This document shows positions 38,711 to 51,426 of a stretch of 64,000 nucleotides of DNA, in pieces. A program made the translations under genes and the position numbers. Below the pieces are notes generated by a model that was not told the origin of the DNA, did no database searches, and was given only the letters and a program-made list of their open reading frames with translations. Position 1 is the first letter of the stretch. Each line of letters starts with the position of its first letter. Origin of the DNA: Oculina patagonica (lineage: Eukaryota); NCBI RefSeq assembly GCF_052425735.1, contig NC_135760.1, positions 12,524,001 to 12,588,000 of the forward strand, in the 5' to 3' direction.

Positions 38711-39361
38711 ATGGCCACGGCAGGTGTAAGCAGTATGGGTGTAAGTACTTCTTCATCATCCACTTCGGTTTCTGACTTTATTGCATCAGTCTTGCGTGTG
38801 ATCGAAAACATTATCAGACAAATCTGCCATCGAATCGACAAAAATGGAATAAGCGCGCTCCTAAAAACTGCTCTACTGTTTGTGGCCCTGTTTGCTGTGA
38901 AGGAAAACTTGAAACACGCTTTTGGTTACAATTGCCCTGCAGAAAACTACTATTTCTATGCAAACCTCTACATCTATGGCCCTGCAGTTTTCTTTCTGTG
39001 TTTTGCGTTCGTTTTTTCTCGTCCATTCTGGGAATTTGTAACGGGTTGCTGCCGTCTGAGCTGTAACAAACGGCTTTTGGCTTCGCCAAGATCTGCCATA
39101 GACATCTATCTTGCTATTTCAGCTCCCTTCTTGTGGATTGCATGTGCGTTTACTGAGGGAGATTATTACGTCTGTGCATTGTATGGGCCTGAAAGTTATG
39201 AAGATCAGGAAAAAGCAGTTAGGAATGCGGAAAGTCGCAGCCGTGTTATTGCGTGGGTGATCATATTGTGTTGGGCTGTCACTTCAGCTATTGTTGTGTC
39301 CATTCACCGGTGTTGTTTTAGAAATGCTGATCCAAAATCACAAGGATATGTTACGGTTTAG
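38711..39361 (+). CDS. CALHM/FAM26-like (calcium homeostasis modulator) four-TM protein, short C-terminus (216 aa)
   Basis: Single-exon ORF with CALHM-like motifs YNCPAENYYFYANLYIYGPA, APFLWIACAFTEGDYYVCA and SRVIAW, and four hydrophobic segments. Confidence 0.8.
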   Translation: MATAGVSSMGVSTSSSSTSVSDFIASVLRVIENIIRQICHRIDKNGISALLKTALLFVALFAVKENLKHAFGYNCPAENYYFYANLYIYGPAVFFLCFAFVFSRPFWEFVTGCCRLSCNKRLLASPRSAIDIYLAISAPFLWIACAFTEGDYYVCALYGPESYEDQEKAVRNAESRSRVIAWVIILCWAVTSAIVVSIHRCCFRNADPKSQGYVTV

Positions 39362-39973
39362 GCTTATTAAAGTAATACTGTTAAAACGGGTGAAATATCC
39401 TGTTAGGAACATTGTTTAATTATATGCCTTGCACATGTATTAACATTTATACTTGCACATCTATTTAAATAAATACCTATTTATGAACATGTATACTATA
39501 TATTGTGTGCCTTTTTCACATAATTTATTCTATTTACCATGAATGATTTCATTACATGTTGCCTAAACGCAAACTCTGCTCACTCAATAGTTGCATTTTT
39601 CGCTGCCAACAGTCATATTTGCAAACTACTCATAAAATAGATTGAAATCTGCCAATCATAATTTACATTGCCAGATTTCAATCCATGTCATTTGTTTCAT
39701 TTTTTAAGGTTTGTAATTATGATTGACAGTAATGGCAGCAAAAAAACAATAACATTGTTAGTTGGGGATTTGAATTTCAGAGTTTGCGTGTTATATTCAA
39801 AGCCATAGTAAAAGGCAGGATAGTATGTTGTTGGTCCATTGCAGGTTTGTCTCCCCTCTGCACTCCCACCCAACTCCACCCTTACAGTTTGCCAGTAAGG
39901 CTATCCACTTTTCTCTTTAGTTAGAGTGTATTGTACATTGTCATATAGGGTAAGAAGAACTTTAGAAAGCTTT

Positions 39974-41986
39974 TTAGTCAAGCTCAGTATTGCCAGCCTC
40001 TACTTCACTTGTGTGAACAAGTCTGTGTGTTCTTAGGTTACTAAAATACTTGAAGTTTCTCAAGCAAATTGCACACTGAAATACTTGTCCATTTCCCACT
40101 GTGGAAGTCTTACTGTCCTGAGGAGAGTTTTCAATCATTTTCTTGTGCACTATGTTCATGTGAGATTTTAAATTACTGAAGTACTTAAACTGCTTGGCAC
40201 AATAATGGCATTTGTAGGGTTTCTCAGCTCTAGGAGAGAGTATAAAACCAGCTGCACATTCACTGAATTCTCTGTCTTCATTCAAGTTATCAAGCCGAGG
40301 CACAAGAGGCTTCTTCCTCTCCTTGCTTCTCCTGCGGCTTTTGGTTGTTGTTCCTTTTGAAGGCTTTACTGTATACTCTGGGGTTTGACAGGAAGAAAGA
40401 AGTGCATTTTCCTTCACGTTTGTTTGAATTGAGTTGTCCTCATCTGTGCACTGTTCCCTGTCAGTTAGTGGAATTCTGTAACTATACTTTCTTAGCTTGG
40501 GACTCAGTCTGGGCCTAAATTATGAGAGAAGAAAACATTAACATTTATTAAAAAAACATAGCTTAATAATATCCAAGTTACAGTAATGAGAACAAAAAGG
40601 TATGGTATTTTGTAGTAGGACTGTTGTTTGTAAACAAGACATACCGATAATACATCATTGCACATCATTTCTGAACACAACGTACATACACACTGTATGA
40701 TGTAGAAAGTTTCAGACTAGCAAACTACACTTTGTGCAAATATTTTACCTGTCATATTTCTGTGGCAAGTTTCCACCATGGCAACTATCAGTAGATCCTT
40801 CCTAGGAATAAAATGACAACAAAGATAGGTGGCCATCAAAACTACTTTTTAGTACTATTTAACTTTCTATCTCTGAAATAATAATTATTAATTTATATTG
40901 CGCTTTTTAACATATAAAATGAGCAAAAGCGCATTACAATAATAAAACCTAAAAATATTAAAATATATTAACTATATACACATTTATTGACAAGATAAAT
41001 GATTATAATCAAAAAAGAGAAGCAGATTATTGGAGGTCAATGCCAAATGTAGCATGAGAATATGCAGGGATGTAGCTAAGAAAACACTAATAAAATAATA
41101 ATAACAATAATAATAATAATAATTATAATAATAATGGTTTTATTGGTAACATTTCTACAGAGTAGCTCGAACATTTACAAAACTAACCCTAACCTAACAA
41201 ATAAAAGCCGGCTCATCAACAAGCCCAGCTGGCATTTCTGGCCTTGGCAGCTCTAAAGTTTACCCAAGCCTTTGTTTTCATGTGAAATTTCAGCCGGATT
41301 TAAGTTCTATTTCAGCCGGTTAAATTAGCCAGCAGCCGGCCCTTAGCGACATCCCTGAATATGGTTGCCTGTCATTTCTCTCTCCTCTTGCAAATATCAT
41401 AGCAATGAGCAGGGCCGTACCTAGCAGGGGGCAGAGGGGGTGGTTGCCCCCACCAGAAAAACTAAAAAACTAAGAAAACTAAACTAAAAAACCCCAGTTG
41501 CCCCGCCAGGACAACTTGCCCCTGCAGACTAAAAATTCTAGGCACAGCCCTGATGAGAGGAGGCTGTGTTCACAGGCTATGCCAAAAGAATTGAAAACAA
41601 GATAACAAGAATTGTTTTCCTGAAACAGACAGCACTCTGACTGGGTAACTGAATCCAACCAGACTTGGTGGGTTGTGGTGTTTCTTCATTAGCTTGTGTT
41701 TTAAAAGAAATGGTTACAATAATATTAATTTGAACCAATTTTCAACTCTACCTCAATGACAGTCAGCTGACACTTTGACCTTAGATCCCTGAAAATCTGT
41801 TGATAAACTGTCAACTGACTGTTTGCAGTTTGCGTTAAGAAACTTTATCTTCTTCCTTGTTATCCAAGACAACAAAAACAAAACGAACTTAAAGTGATAT
41901 ACCTCGCTCTTTCTCTTCAGTCTTCTAGACTTTAAGGTTGCCTGTTCCCTTTGCAGCCCATTTCTAGTCTCTTCTTTGTTTTCCAT
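39974..41986 (-). CDS. C2H2 zinc-finger protein with two fingers (~240 aa)
   Basis: Exons (-): 41986-41903, 41796-41752, 40801-40749, 40514-39974 (723 nt in frame). Fingers EKPYKCHYCAKQFKYFSNLKSHMNIVH and FQCAICLRNFKYFSNLRTHRLVH. The upstream exons are less certain than the last. Confidence 0.8.
41065..41357. mobile_element. hAT-like MITE, 6-bp TSD, with an internal (AAT)n tract
   Basis: TIR CAGGGATGTAGCTAAG / CTTAGCGACATCCCTG, with AATATG on both flanks. Confidence 0.75.
41410..41552. mobile_element. hAT-like MITE, 5-bp TSD
   Basis: TIR CAGGGCCGTACCTAG / CTAGGCACAGCCCTG, with ATGAG on both flanks. Confidence 0.75.
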
Positions 41987-42239
41987 TTTCACATAAGTAT
42001 AGCAAACTTGATCTGTTTACAGTCAATATTATTTTCAATTCACCACATGAGTTGCATACAGTTTTAATACCGGTATCAAAACATCAAAACAAACAACATG
42101 ACTGCATTTTGACAGAATTCTTCCATACCTCGTTTGCTGACCCGTTTTATATCTGTTAAATCACCAACTATTTCGTCGAAAAGGAGACAAATGTATGTTC
42201 TTTCGAAGAATTTTTGGCAAAGAAGTCTATTAGCTTTTG

Positions 42240-42402
42240 AATCACAACGAACTTCAAAATGGCCGCCAAATGCATAAATTAACCACAATGCAGTTGGTGC
42301 AATGTTGGAGAGGGACTCAGCACTAGATCATTTTCGCGTTTATTTGGCGGGAAAAGATTCGATCGCAAACTTTCACAGATCGACTTTGATTTCGGCAGGA
42401 AA
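42240..42402. promoter_or_regulatory. Bidirectional promoter between the C2H2 gene and PRIM2
   Basis: Head-to-head ATGs are 416 bp apart. Contains YY1-like AAAATGGCCGCC (~42256) and ZNF143/Staf-like TAACCACAATGCA (~42280). Confidence 0.55.
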
Positions 42403-45400
42403 ATGATATTCACAGGCAAAAGTCGAAGAAAGAACAAGATTACAAAGTTAGAAGGCACAGAAGATGCTGGCAAGTATGTACACGGTTTGCAGATGTACAA
42501 AGTTCCTCCAACAGACAACATCACGCTGGAAGAGTTCGAAGAGTTTGCAATCGACCGATTGAAAGGTAAGCTAACAAATCGATCTCAACAGGAATCATTA
42601 CGATTTTAAAGCTACTTTCAAGGTATGTTGAATGCCTTTGGTGTAATTTACTTTTTAGATGAAGATTCTGTTGAAAAGCATCAGTTCGTAGACATTTGAC
42701 AGACCGTCTTGACATTTCAAAATCTTTGTTGTTGCCCGTTAAGCTTATATCAGTCTTAGAATAAGGTTAATCACATGTATAATTTTGATCTCGGTTCTAT
42801 GTTCCCTCTATTTTTTTTTACAGAGAAAAGTTTTCTTAAAAGTAACCTAACAGCCAAGATTATCATAAATATAGTTAGAGATGCAGGATAATGGGCAGTT
42901 TTACGGATAGTGATTTTGCTCCCAGAGCATCCTATAATAATTTTTTTTATGGTATGTATGGGGGCAAAATCAATATGGTCGCCGTATCTTTAAAACAGCT
43001 ATACGGCGGCCATGTTGATTCTACCCCCAGAACATCCTATAATATTATTGCAGAATTATCACAATAAAAGAATAAATCATTTCAATAAGCATTATAGGAT
43101 GCTCTGGGGGCAAAATCAATATGGCTGCCGTATCTGCAAAATGATCTATAATGATTTGAGTTGGTGTTAAATGCCCTGGGGATGAATAGACCCTTCCACG
43201 GTTTCTGACGCCATCTTGGTTGGGGGGCAAACACGGCAAAATTTACAGTAAATGTATGGGAAAAATCGGCAGTTTGACGCTCGATAATTCGAGGACCGGT
43301 GACATTCTGAAACTTTTGTGAATTGTAAACTAAAGATACTAGCTAAAAGAGTTAACTGATTAAATTTTAAGGGGATCGGTTTACTTAGAAGCGAGAAATC
43401 GTACTTTTAGTTTTTCATACAAATGCTTCTAAATTTTCCCGCGAACGGCGGCTCCATTTTACAGAGAAATATATGAAAAATGAAAATCTTAATTTGCGGC
43501 TTTCTAAGTGAGAGTAAAATTCTCAAATTTGATCGGTTAACTCTTTCATCTAATATTTTAAATTTGTAATTCATAGAAGTTGCAGAAAGTCGACCTTTTT
43601 CGAATTATCGAGCGTCAAACTCCCGATTTTTCCCATACATTTACTGTAAATTTTGCTGCATTTGCCCCCCAACCAAGATGGCGTCAGAAACCGTGGAAGG
43701 GTCTATTGAGCTTAATGATATGCAAAAATTTATATAAAAGGCAAACACGTGCTCCTCATTGTGCACTCTACTCTAGTCGGTGGCAGCAGGCGGTTGGCTC
43801 CCCGCCCACCTTCCCTACGAGGAAGCCAGGTTTGAAGTTTCCGCCATCACTACCTAGTGATCTACTAAGCCTGGTATGGGCTTGTCCCAGGCCAGACTGA
43901 TCCCCACACCTTATCTACATCACATGAATAATAATACCCTGGGCAGAATATTACACAATTCTTGTCCTGGCATGAAATGAGGCCCCCTGGGAGATGGCAT
44001 TTGATTGAATGAATGTATCGCTGGTTTGCGTCTGATTTCATGGTGGCCATGCTGGTGGACAACAACAAAGCATTTACCTACACTGGGAACTAAGCTCTTT
44101 TATCATGCAAATGCCGCTAAAACATTTTTTATTGTTTTGTTCACCAACATGGCCACCTTGATAGTTGATTGAGCTGATAATAAATCACTACATAAGCACC
44201 CCGACCATAAAATGTAGTCCTGTAACTTAATGACAGCCATTCCAAAACTAATTTAAGATTTATTTCACTATCCATCAGTTCTTAGAGAAGTTGAAACATT
44301 CGGTATACGTTACAAAAGAGGCTCAGAACAGTATGATGCGGCTATGAAGGAAAGCTTGAAAAAATTCTTACCGCAGGCACAAAAAGCTCACAAGGTACGT
44401 AAATACCACTCTTAATTGCAAATCAAAAGTGGGCTGATATTTCTTGGTTTGTTCTTGCCAAGCAAAATTCTGCTTATTTTTACTCCATTCCATTTGAATA
44501 GAATCGTGAAGATGAAATCAACATCACTGAAAGGCGAAAAGATCACATCTCCCATTTCATCCTGCGCCTTGCATATTGTAGATCGTGAGTAGCTAATAGT
44601 GACTGTGAATATTGCATGACTTTCAAAGCAGATTATCTTTTACATGACATGCATTTTACTAGGAATTTATCTTACAAAATATTTTCCAGGGAAGATCTCA
44701 GGCGATGGTTTTTGTCACAAGAAGTTGAACTATTTAGGTAAGAAAAATGTAATAGGTTTCTTTTTCAACTGTCATTCATAGTTATTAAAAAACATACAGT
44801 GTTTTCAGGCAGGTGTTTACACAACCATGCTGACACTTCTACAGTGTCCTTAATATGAAGCAGAAAAAGTAAGCATATATGTATGAAGTGCACTGAAGCT
44901 GACGAGTAGCAATACTCCTGGTCACTTAAACTACTGGGATAAGCTCCGGTGCCACTTGGCTACCAGCATCTTTTGGGGGCTTGGATTAAACTAGCCAGCC
45001 ACTTGTGTACCCAGGCCAGAAGATCACCCCACCCCCTGGATGACTAGATGGTCTTCATTGACCCTGGATGGACAAAAAAACAACATGAAGTACATGTACC
45101 CTACCAAATTTATTCATATATCTTACAAACCAAGCATCAGAGCCGAATGAGGAGAATATCAACCCTACAACTGTACACAAAAGTAGTTTGAGCGTTTACA
45201 CTAAGAAGATAAAAAATGTGAATACTTAATGCCTAAGCTTATTGATGTCTTATGCAAACATTTTTAGAGGTCCCCCTCCCTACTTTCAATGTTGAATCCT
45301 TTGTGGCTAAGGATTGTCTGTGCAATATGCTGGGGAGCCCATCATTGAGAAGGGGAGAGGGGAGAAAAGGAATGAATTTGGAAATTATGCCAGCTCTTTT

Positions 45401-48400
45401 GACAAGGGCTGTAGCCTGTCTTGACAGTACAGATTTTCTTTTCCCATGTCAGATTTCGTCTTACAGAGGTGGCAAAAATTGATGCACAGGAAGTGGATGA
45501 ATTCCTTAAAGCCAATGGCCTGAAGTACAATGCAGTAAGAACAAAACACCACAAGTTATTGTATTAATAATAATTTTAGAACTTGATAGAAACAGTTCTC
45601 TTTGAATGACTCAATGCATGCATGGCATGTGTGCATGCACAACCAAATGAATGAATGCCTATATTTGAGTGACAGTCTAAAATAGCAGTAGTTAACAACC
45701 ACTTGACTAAATGGGGACATATTATAATAACAATAACCCAGGGTGTAATACTTATTCCCTTTTTTAATGAGGGTATGTACATCATAGTGGAATAAACTTG
45801 TGGTTTTTCCTAAGAAAAATCTTAAAATACAATATATCATAATTCAATAAAAGACCAAACTTTAACTTTTAAGCCAGTTTGAATAAAATTTAAACTTGAA
45901 ATTTTGTGATTATGATTAAGATTGTTATGCTCTTAGATGAGAGGTCTTGTTTTTTTTCTGCAGATAGATGATGCAGAGAGAGAAAAAATCAAGTCAGAAC
46001 TGAAGAATGCAGGCTTCAACCTCACCATTGATAAAGTTGTGACTACTGACTATTTTAAGGTACATTGTGGTTTAACATAAAAACACCAGCAAGTACTTGG
46101 CAGGTTCTGTTTACAGCCTTTACTTACTCAAATATTTTCTCAGGTTCCCTTTGTAGAGGCTCTCGACCTGGTAAGATCAAGAAAAGTTTATCTGGAAAAC
46201 GTAAGTAAAAGAAAAATACCCAGCTATGGTGGTATTCAAACACAATATAATATTCTAATTAGCCACTTTCACTGATAGCTACAGGTATGTAACCTTCTTA
46301 CCATGTGACAAGAGCACACTATTCATTCTACCAATAACTTAACTTGGCACATGTTAAAAAGGTAAAGTCTGTGTCCGAGCCAAGTGGCCCGTACAGCCGG
46401 AGCTTATCCCAGGTTCTGTAGCATTAAGTGACTAAGAGTGTTGTTACTCCCCTCTGAATGGGATGCTTGTCCATTGCAGGGTTACCTACCCCCCAGCAGT
46501 AAATTTGCTGGCACCCATTTATTTACCTGGGTGGAGAGAGGCACTGTGAGAGTAAAGTATCTTGCCCAAGAACACAACACAATGACCCCGGCCAGGGCTC
46601 GAACCTGGGCCATTCCACTTGGAGTCAAGCGTGCTATTAGCAAACCATTAGGCCACTGTGCCACCACAAACTTGCCACATGTAGTGTATTAGTAATAGTT
46701 TGATGGCCTTTGTACTATATAATGTTTATTGAACATTATTTTGTTGTGGAAGTTTTGAGTTCAAAACTTACCAAGGTCAATGATTTCCTCTTTGGCTCAC
46801 ATAGTTTTACTTTTTATGTCTGATGCTTGGATGGAATGTTAAGTCCAAACTCTAATCTTTGTGTTATTGCAGGGTTTTGCGTTTGTCCCCAGAGATGACC
46901 TTGTATCTTTGGTAGCCAATGAATTTAGGATGCAGTTGTCTCGAGCACTTGCTGTAAGTATCTTGTTACATTACATCATGTTACATTGTATTGACATCTA
47001 ACCAGTCAGTAATCACAATACATTGGTATCTTTTTAGATGACTGCCAGGGCCTTACCTTACCTTGAGGAAGATGAGAGACTGCTACCAAAGTTGACAAAC
47101 CTCAGGTAATATGCACAGAATCATCTTTGTATCTTTTATAACTTGATACAATAATCAACAGGAAATCTTGGGATATTAGTGAGGCCCTGCCAGGGTAAAT
47201 TCCAACAAGCCATATGGCCCAAAAAGTAGCGACAACACATATAAAAATTGTGACAAACGACGACCCTTTTGGGAAACTTAAATTCCGACAACGACAAGCA
47301 ATTTTCCTTCAATTTTACTACCGACAGCGACGTAAAGTGCGATAAAAAAGCGGCACGGGACATTTTTAAATTTAGACAAGCGACATGGGATCCCCCCTGG
47401 CAGGGCCACATTAGTGGGTTTTTTTTTTCAGTTCCAAACTAACATACAGTATGTTATAAAATATTGTTACTTTTGTTTTTTCTTTTTTTAAGTTTTACAG
47501 CACTTAAAAAACATGTTGTTTCATTTAGTCGGCAGTATGTTGGGCAGGACTACAGCCAGAAAAAAACAGCAGGAGGAAAAGTTACTTTGGATCAGATTGA
47601 TGGTGTAAGTAAAAAAAAAGTTTAACTTGTTAATGAAATCAGTTGTATCAGTGCCATGGAATTGTCATGCAAATAGTAACAGGTTACAGATCAACCATTC
47701 AATAAAATATAATCATCAAGCTCTTTTGGAAAGACCAGAGATTACAAAGAGTGGTCAACATTAGCCTGCAAGCAGGCTCACATTAATTTTAGGTTCTCGC
47801 ACCTCTGTGGCTTATGCATGTGTATGTATACAAGACACTGCTTACATGCTAGATCATCATCTGATTTCTTCAATATGGACACTCCTTACTCCTTAACTCT
47901 ACAGTAATGATAACATTAACCTCTTTGTAATTTACAGCTGTCAAGAAGTTCGTACCCTTTGTGTATGCGTCAACTACATACAGCTTTGAAAGAAAATCAC
48001 CACTTGAAACATGGTGGTCGTCTTCAGTACGGTCTTTTCCTTAAGGTTGGTAACTTGTGCTCCTTTGATTAAAGAAGACATTCTTCTGCAAAGATCATTA
48101 GCTTGTAGGACTGGTGACGTGTCATACAAGCTGTGTGAAATATACTGTGGATATATATTTATTTTTGGCTGTTGTATTTTAGGGAATTGGTCTCAGTTTG
48201 GAAGAAGCACTTATCTTCTGGAGAGCTGAGTTCACAAAACTTATGGATGTGGACAAGGTAAATTTTTGATGTCTATTTTACTGATTTATCCTTTAACGGA
48301 CGGCAAGGGCTTAATAATGGATATAAAGTTCGAGCCGAAGTTAGCTTTCAGCTAGTAGAAAAAAAAAAATATTCAGCTCTCCAAGAAACGCTTTATGTTC

Positions 48401-51400
48401 ATACTGCAAGTGCATAACCTCTCTCTCTTGTGGTTTATATTTTTAGTTTGACAAGCAGTATGCATACAACATTCGCCACAACTACGGAAAGGAAGGCAAA
48501 AGAGCAGATTATACACCCTACAGCTGCATGAAGATTATCATGTCCAACGCTCCTGGACCTGGGGATCATCATGGTATTAAAAATTTTATAGTATACCAGA
48601 ACTGCAAATAACAGTCGGTCATCGGACATTGGCTGACCAAAATTTGCATGTCTGACGAAATCCCAAGTGTGGTCGGACATGATGTCCAAACCATTTTTGG
48701 ATTGTAAATCATTTTATGGCAATGATGAATAAAAATCTGTCCGACCACAATTCTGTTTTGTCCGACCAAGATGGTGTCTTAGTAGGACATATGTCCTTTC
48801 AAGTGAAAAAAATATTTGCGGCCCTGTATACATGTACCACATATTTTTGGATCTTGCTAATCAAGTTCCTTGTAGTTCCAACAGTTTTTGTGTGGACTTT
48901 AAAGTCTACACATTGTTGTGATGCAGTTTTTTCCGATTGGGGGGTCACTTTCCGTGATAACTCGGGTTAGTGCTTTCGGAAGTTTACGACAGTGATTGGA
49001 GAATCCGAAGTTTCGGTGAGATGGGCAGCCAAGGCAGTAAACCCAGGAATTCGATCAGTATCGAGTAAGTCGCACTTTATTCTTGAATCGATCTAGAAGC
49101 CTTTTTTGACACATCTTTCGAAGAGCGTGTGGTGGCTGGAAAATATACATCAAGGAACAACTTCAAAGGCAGCAGTGGCGTAGATCGCGACGGCTGAAAT
49201 CTGCATATCTAATGAGCTAAACAACTGCGGTCGTAGGTCACGTTTCTTTTTTTTCACGCTTTTGACTCACTTTCCGCAGTGTTTGGTTTTCTGTGCAGCT
49301 TGAGCATTTTTGATTCGCATATTAAAACGATTCAAATGTCTGGTTATTTATTTCTTTCAGCTTTGCCACACAATGAATGCACAACGAGTTGTATCAAAAC
49401 AAGTTCGCTGATCATGTTGTTTTACTTGTCTTGGACTCCGGGATATAATTCACCTGCTCCATTTCTCTCAAGTAGTATATTTAACAAAAGACCGATGTCG
49501 AATTCAGAACTGAACTAAAACATTGTCATGAAAAGAATAAAAATAACATCAAACCGTAGAATATGCATATATCCAAACGGTGCGACAAAATAATTTAATT
49601 GTCGGTTCAAATAACGTCCTTCGCCGCCTCTCAAAACACCGACTCCAAGTGAATATTTCGTAAAAGAAAAAATATATTTCTCCGCCTTTCCACGCAAGCT
49701 TCTAAGAAATTATTTGTGAAAGCTTATTGAAACGTTCTTATTCCAAAAGGTTAAAAAAAGAACTCATTGAAAGAAAATAAGTTTTTCGATGAGTTGTTTA
49801 CACAAGCTTTACACAAAAAGTAAGGGTTGTGTGAACAGGCGATGCGAGACAGTTCACGTGCTCCACGCAACATTTCTTTTTTTAATGAAAATAGTATCCT
49901 ATCTTGCTAGCGGTAAGGAAAGGCTTTTGGTCTAAATAACCGCTGTTCTTGTAGGATTCTAGGTTTTTTATTTGCATGAAAAAAAGGCATTTGTCGTGAA
50001 CGACGTGACAAAGGGTCACACCACGCTCATTCACATTGCGTGACATAGTACACTTTGTTCTTCCAACAGTCTTGTAAAAGATAAATTGATTGACAAGTTC
50101 TTTGTTTTTTCGCCTTGTATCTCGAATTACTCGATTCGAAACTTGAAGTTGTTGACTGCTACAGTAACTCATTGATTAATTCATGTCAACTTTTATTCAA
50201 ATGAAAGTCCACACATGTTCGCATAGCGGACTCACTTTAACTGTTATTTTCTTTTTTGGCATATAAATCAACACTTACTGGTAACAGACTTGGTAATCTT
50301 TTACTTGCACAGGGTGCCCATTCAGACACACAGATGCTGATCTGCTGCGTCAACGCTTAGCAGCTTACAGAGTTCCTAAGAAGGGTATTGACGAGGTACA
50401 TCAAAGTATTGATACACTTCGATAAAAATATTTGACAAGCATCATTGATAAACAATGCGTGCAGAGAGTTATGTAGGTGACAGTGAGGTGTAGCATGCAT
50501 ATTTGCATGCATATGATGCTAGACATTGTTTTGGTTTTGGTTTGTGTGTGTGCCCAAGCAAAGGTTAAAACAACAAGTACAAATTATGTTAAAAACTTTA
50601 TCCAGTGACAACAGTGTAGTGGTTTGTGGCACAACAACTCCCAAATGCTTATGTATTTTTTTTTTTTTGGTTTGCAGATAATGGAGTTTGTGAAAGAGTC
50701 CCATTACCAGCTGGCCTGTACAAGATACTATGAGTTAACACATGGGGTATTCACTTTTTAATGTAACCTTTTAATTAAAGTAGGTCATCATGTTATTAAC
50801 AGGGCTTGGCACCCATTGGCAGGCAATATAACAATTTGAAAGTAATCTCCCCTTTATAGGGAGTTGCACGCTTTTTAGCTGGTGATTCACAAATTAAAGG
50901 ACACCACTAAACGCTCCAGTGGTTGCCAGGTCTTTTTGAAAGCAACTTCACACCAATTTTACTTTCTTGTTCCAAAGACAAGAAGCTTGAAAGTATGGTC
51001 AATTATCCCGCAGAATCCTACTGTATTTTTTTTCATAAAAAGAAGATGAATTCAAACAAAACAGACTAAATAAATGTAATTGAAAAACATGCAGTAGAAT
51101 GGACCAAGTAACTGGTAACAATCTCTGAAGTTTTCAACAAATTTTCCCAACAGGTAACAGCCAGTTCTGCTATTCACCACCCAAACCAGTACTTTGACGA
51201 GAGTCGTCAGTCAAATGAAGGACAGAGTGGGGCATCACGACTGGGGAGTGCTGTTAACAGTGGACTTGAGCATGGGAAAGTTACTGTGAAGAACGAGATC
51301 AACGTTACCAATAATGTCGACACAAATGTCACTACAACTGACACAAACAATGAGCTGGGAGACATTCAAATGGATGATGATGATGACATTCTAGGAGAAA

Positions 51401-51426
51401 TAGAAAAAATGGACACAATGGCATAA
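42403..51426 (+). CDS. PRIM2: DNA primase large subunit (p58), ~534 aa
   Basis: Exons (+): 42403-42565, 44279-44394, 44502-44584, 44690-44737, 45453-45534, 45964-46059, 46144-46200, 46873-46953, 47038-47105, 47529-47604, 47938-48045, 48183-48257, 48447-48573, 50313-50395, 50678-50746, 51154-51426 (1605 nt). Motifs [95 protein letters not shown]. All four Fe-S cysteines are present. Confidence 0.96.
43185..43707. mobile_element. Foldback-type MITE with long TIRs in PRIM2 intron 1
   Basis: AATAGACCCTTCCACGGTTTCTGACGCCATCTTGGTTGGGGGGCAAA is matched perfectly in reverse complement at 43661-43707. Similarity extends more than 100 bp inward. Confidence 0.92.
46357..46664 (-). mobile_element. tRNA-derived SINE (CORE-like central domain), antisense in a PRIM2 intron
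   Basis: Minus strand: head GGTGGCACAGTGGCCTAATGG..GGTTCGAGCCC, core GTTCTTGGGCAAGATACTTTACTCTCAC..AAATGGG, tail CTTTACCTTTTT. Related 3' fragments at ~1670-1745 and ~44905-44960. Confidence 0.8.
47181..47409. mobile_element. MITE
   Basis: TIR GGCCCTGCCAGGG / CCCTGGCAGGGCC, with ATTAGT on both flanks. Confidence 0.75.
48597..48826. mobile_element. hAT-like MITE, 5-bp TSD
   Basis: Termini CAGAACTGCAAATA / TATTTGCGGCCCTG, with TATAC on both flanks and internal GTCGGAC/GTCCGAC subterminal motifs. Confidence 0.7.
48889..50215. mobile_element. Possible 1.3-kb non-autonomous DNA transposon in PRIM2 intron 13
   Basis: A 12-bp inverted repeat TGTGTGGACTTT / AAAGTCCACACA brackets a CpG-richer block. 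No TSD is evident. Confidence 0.4.
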
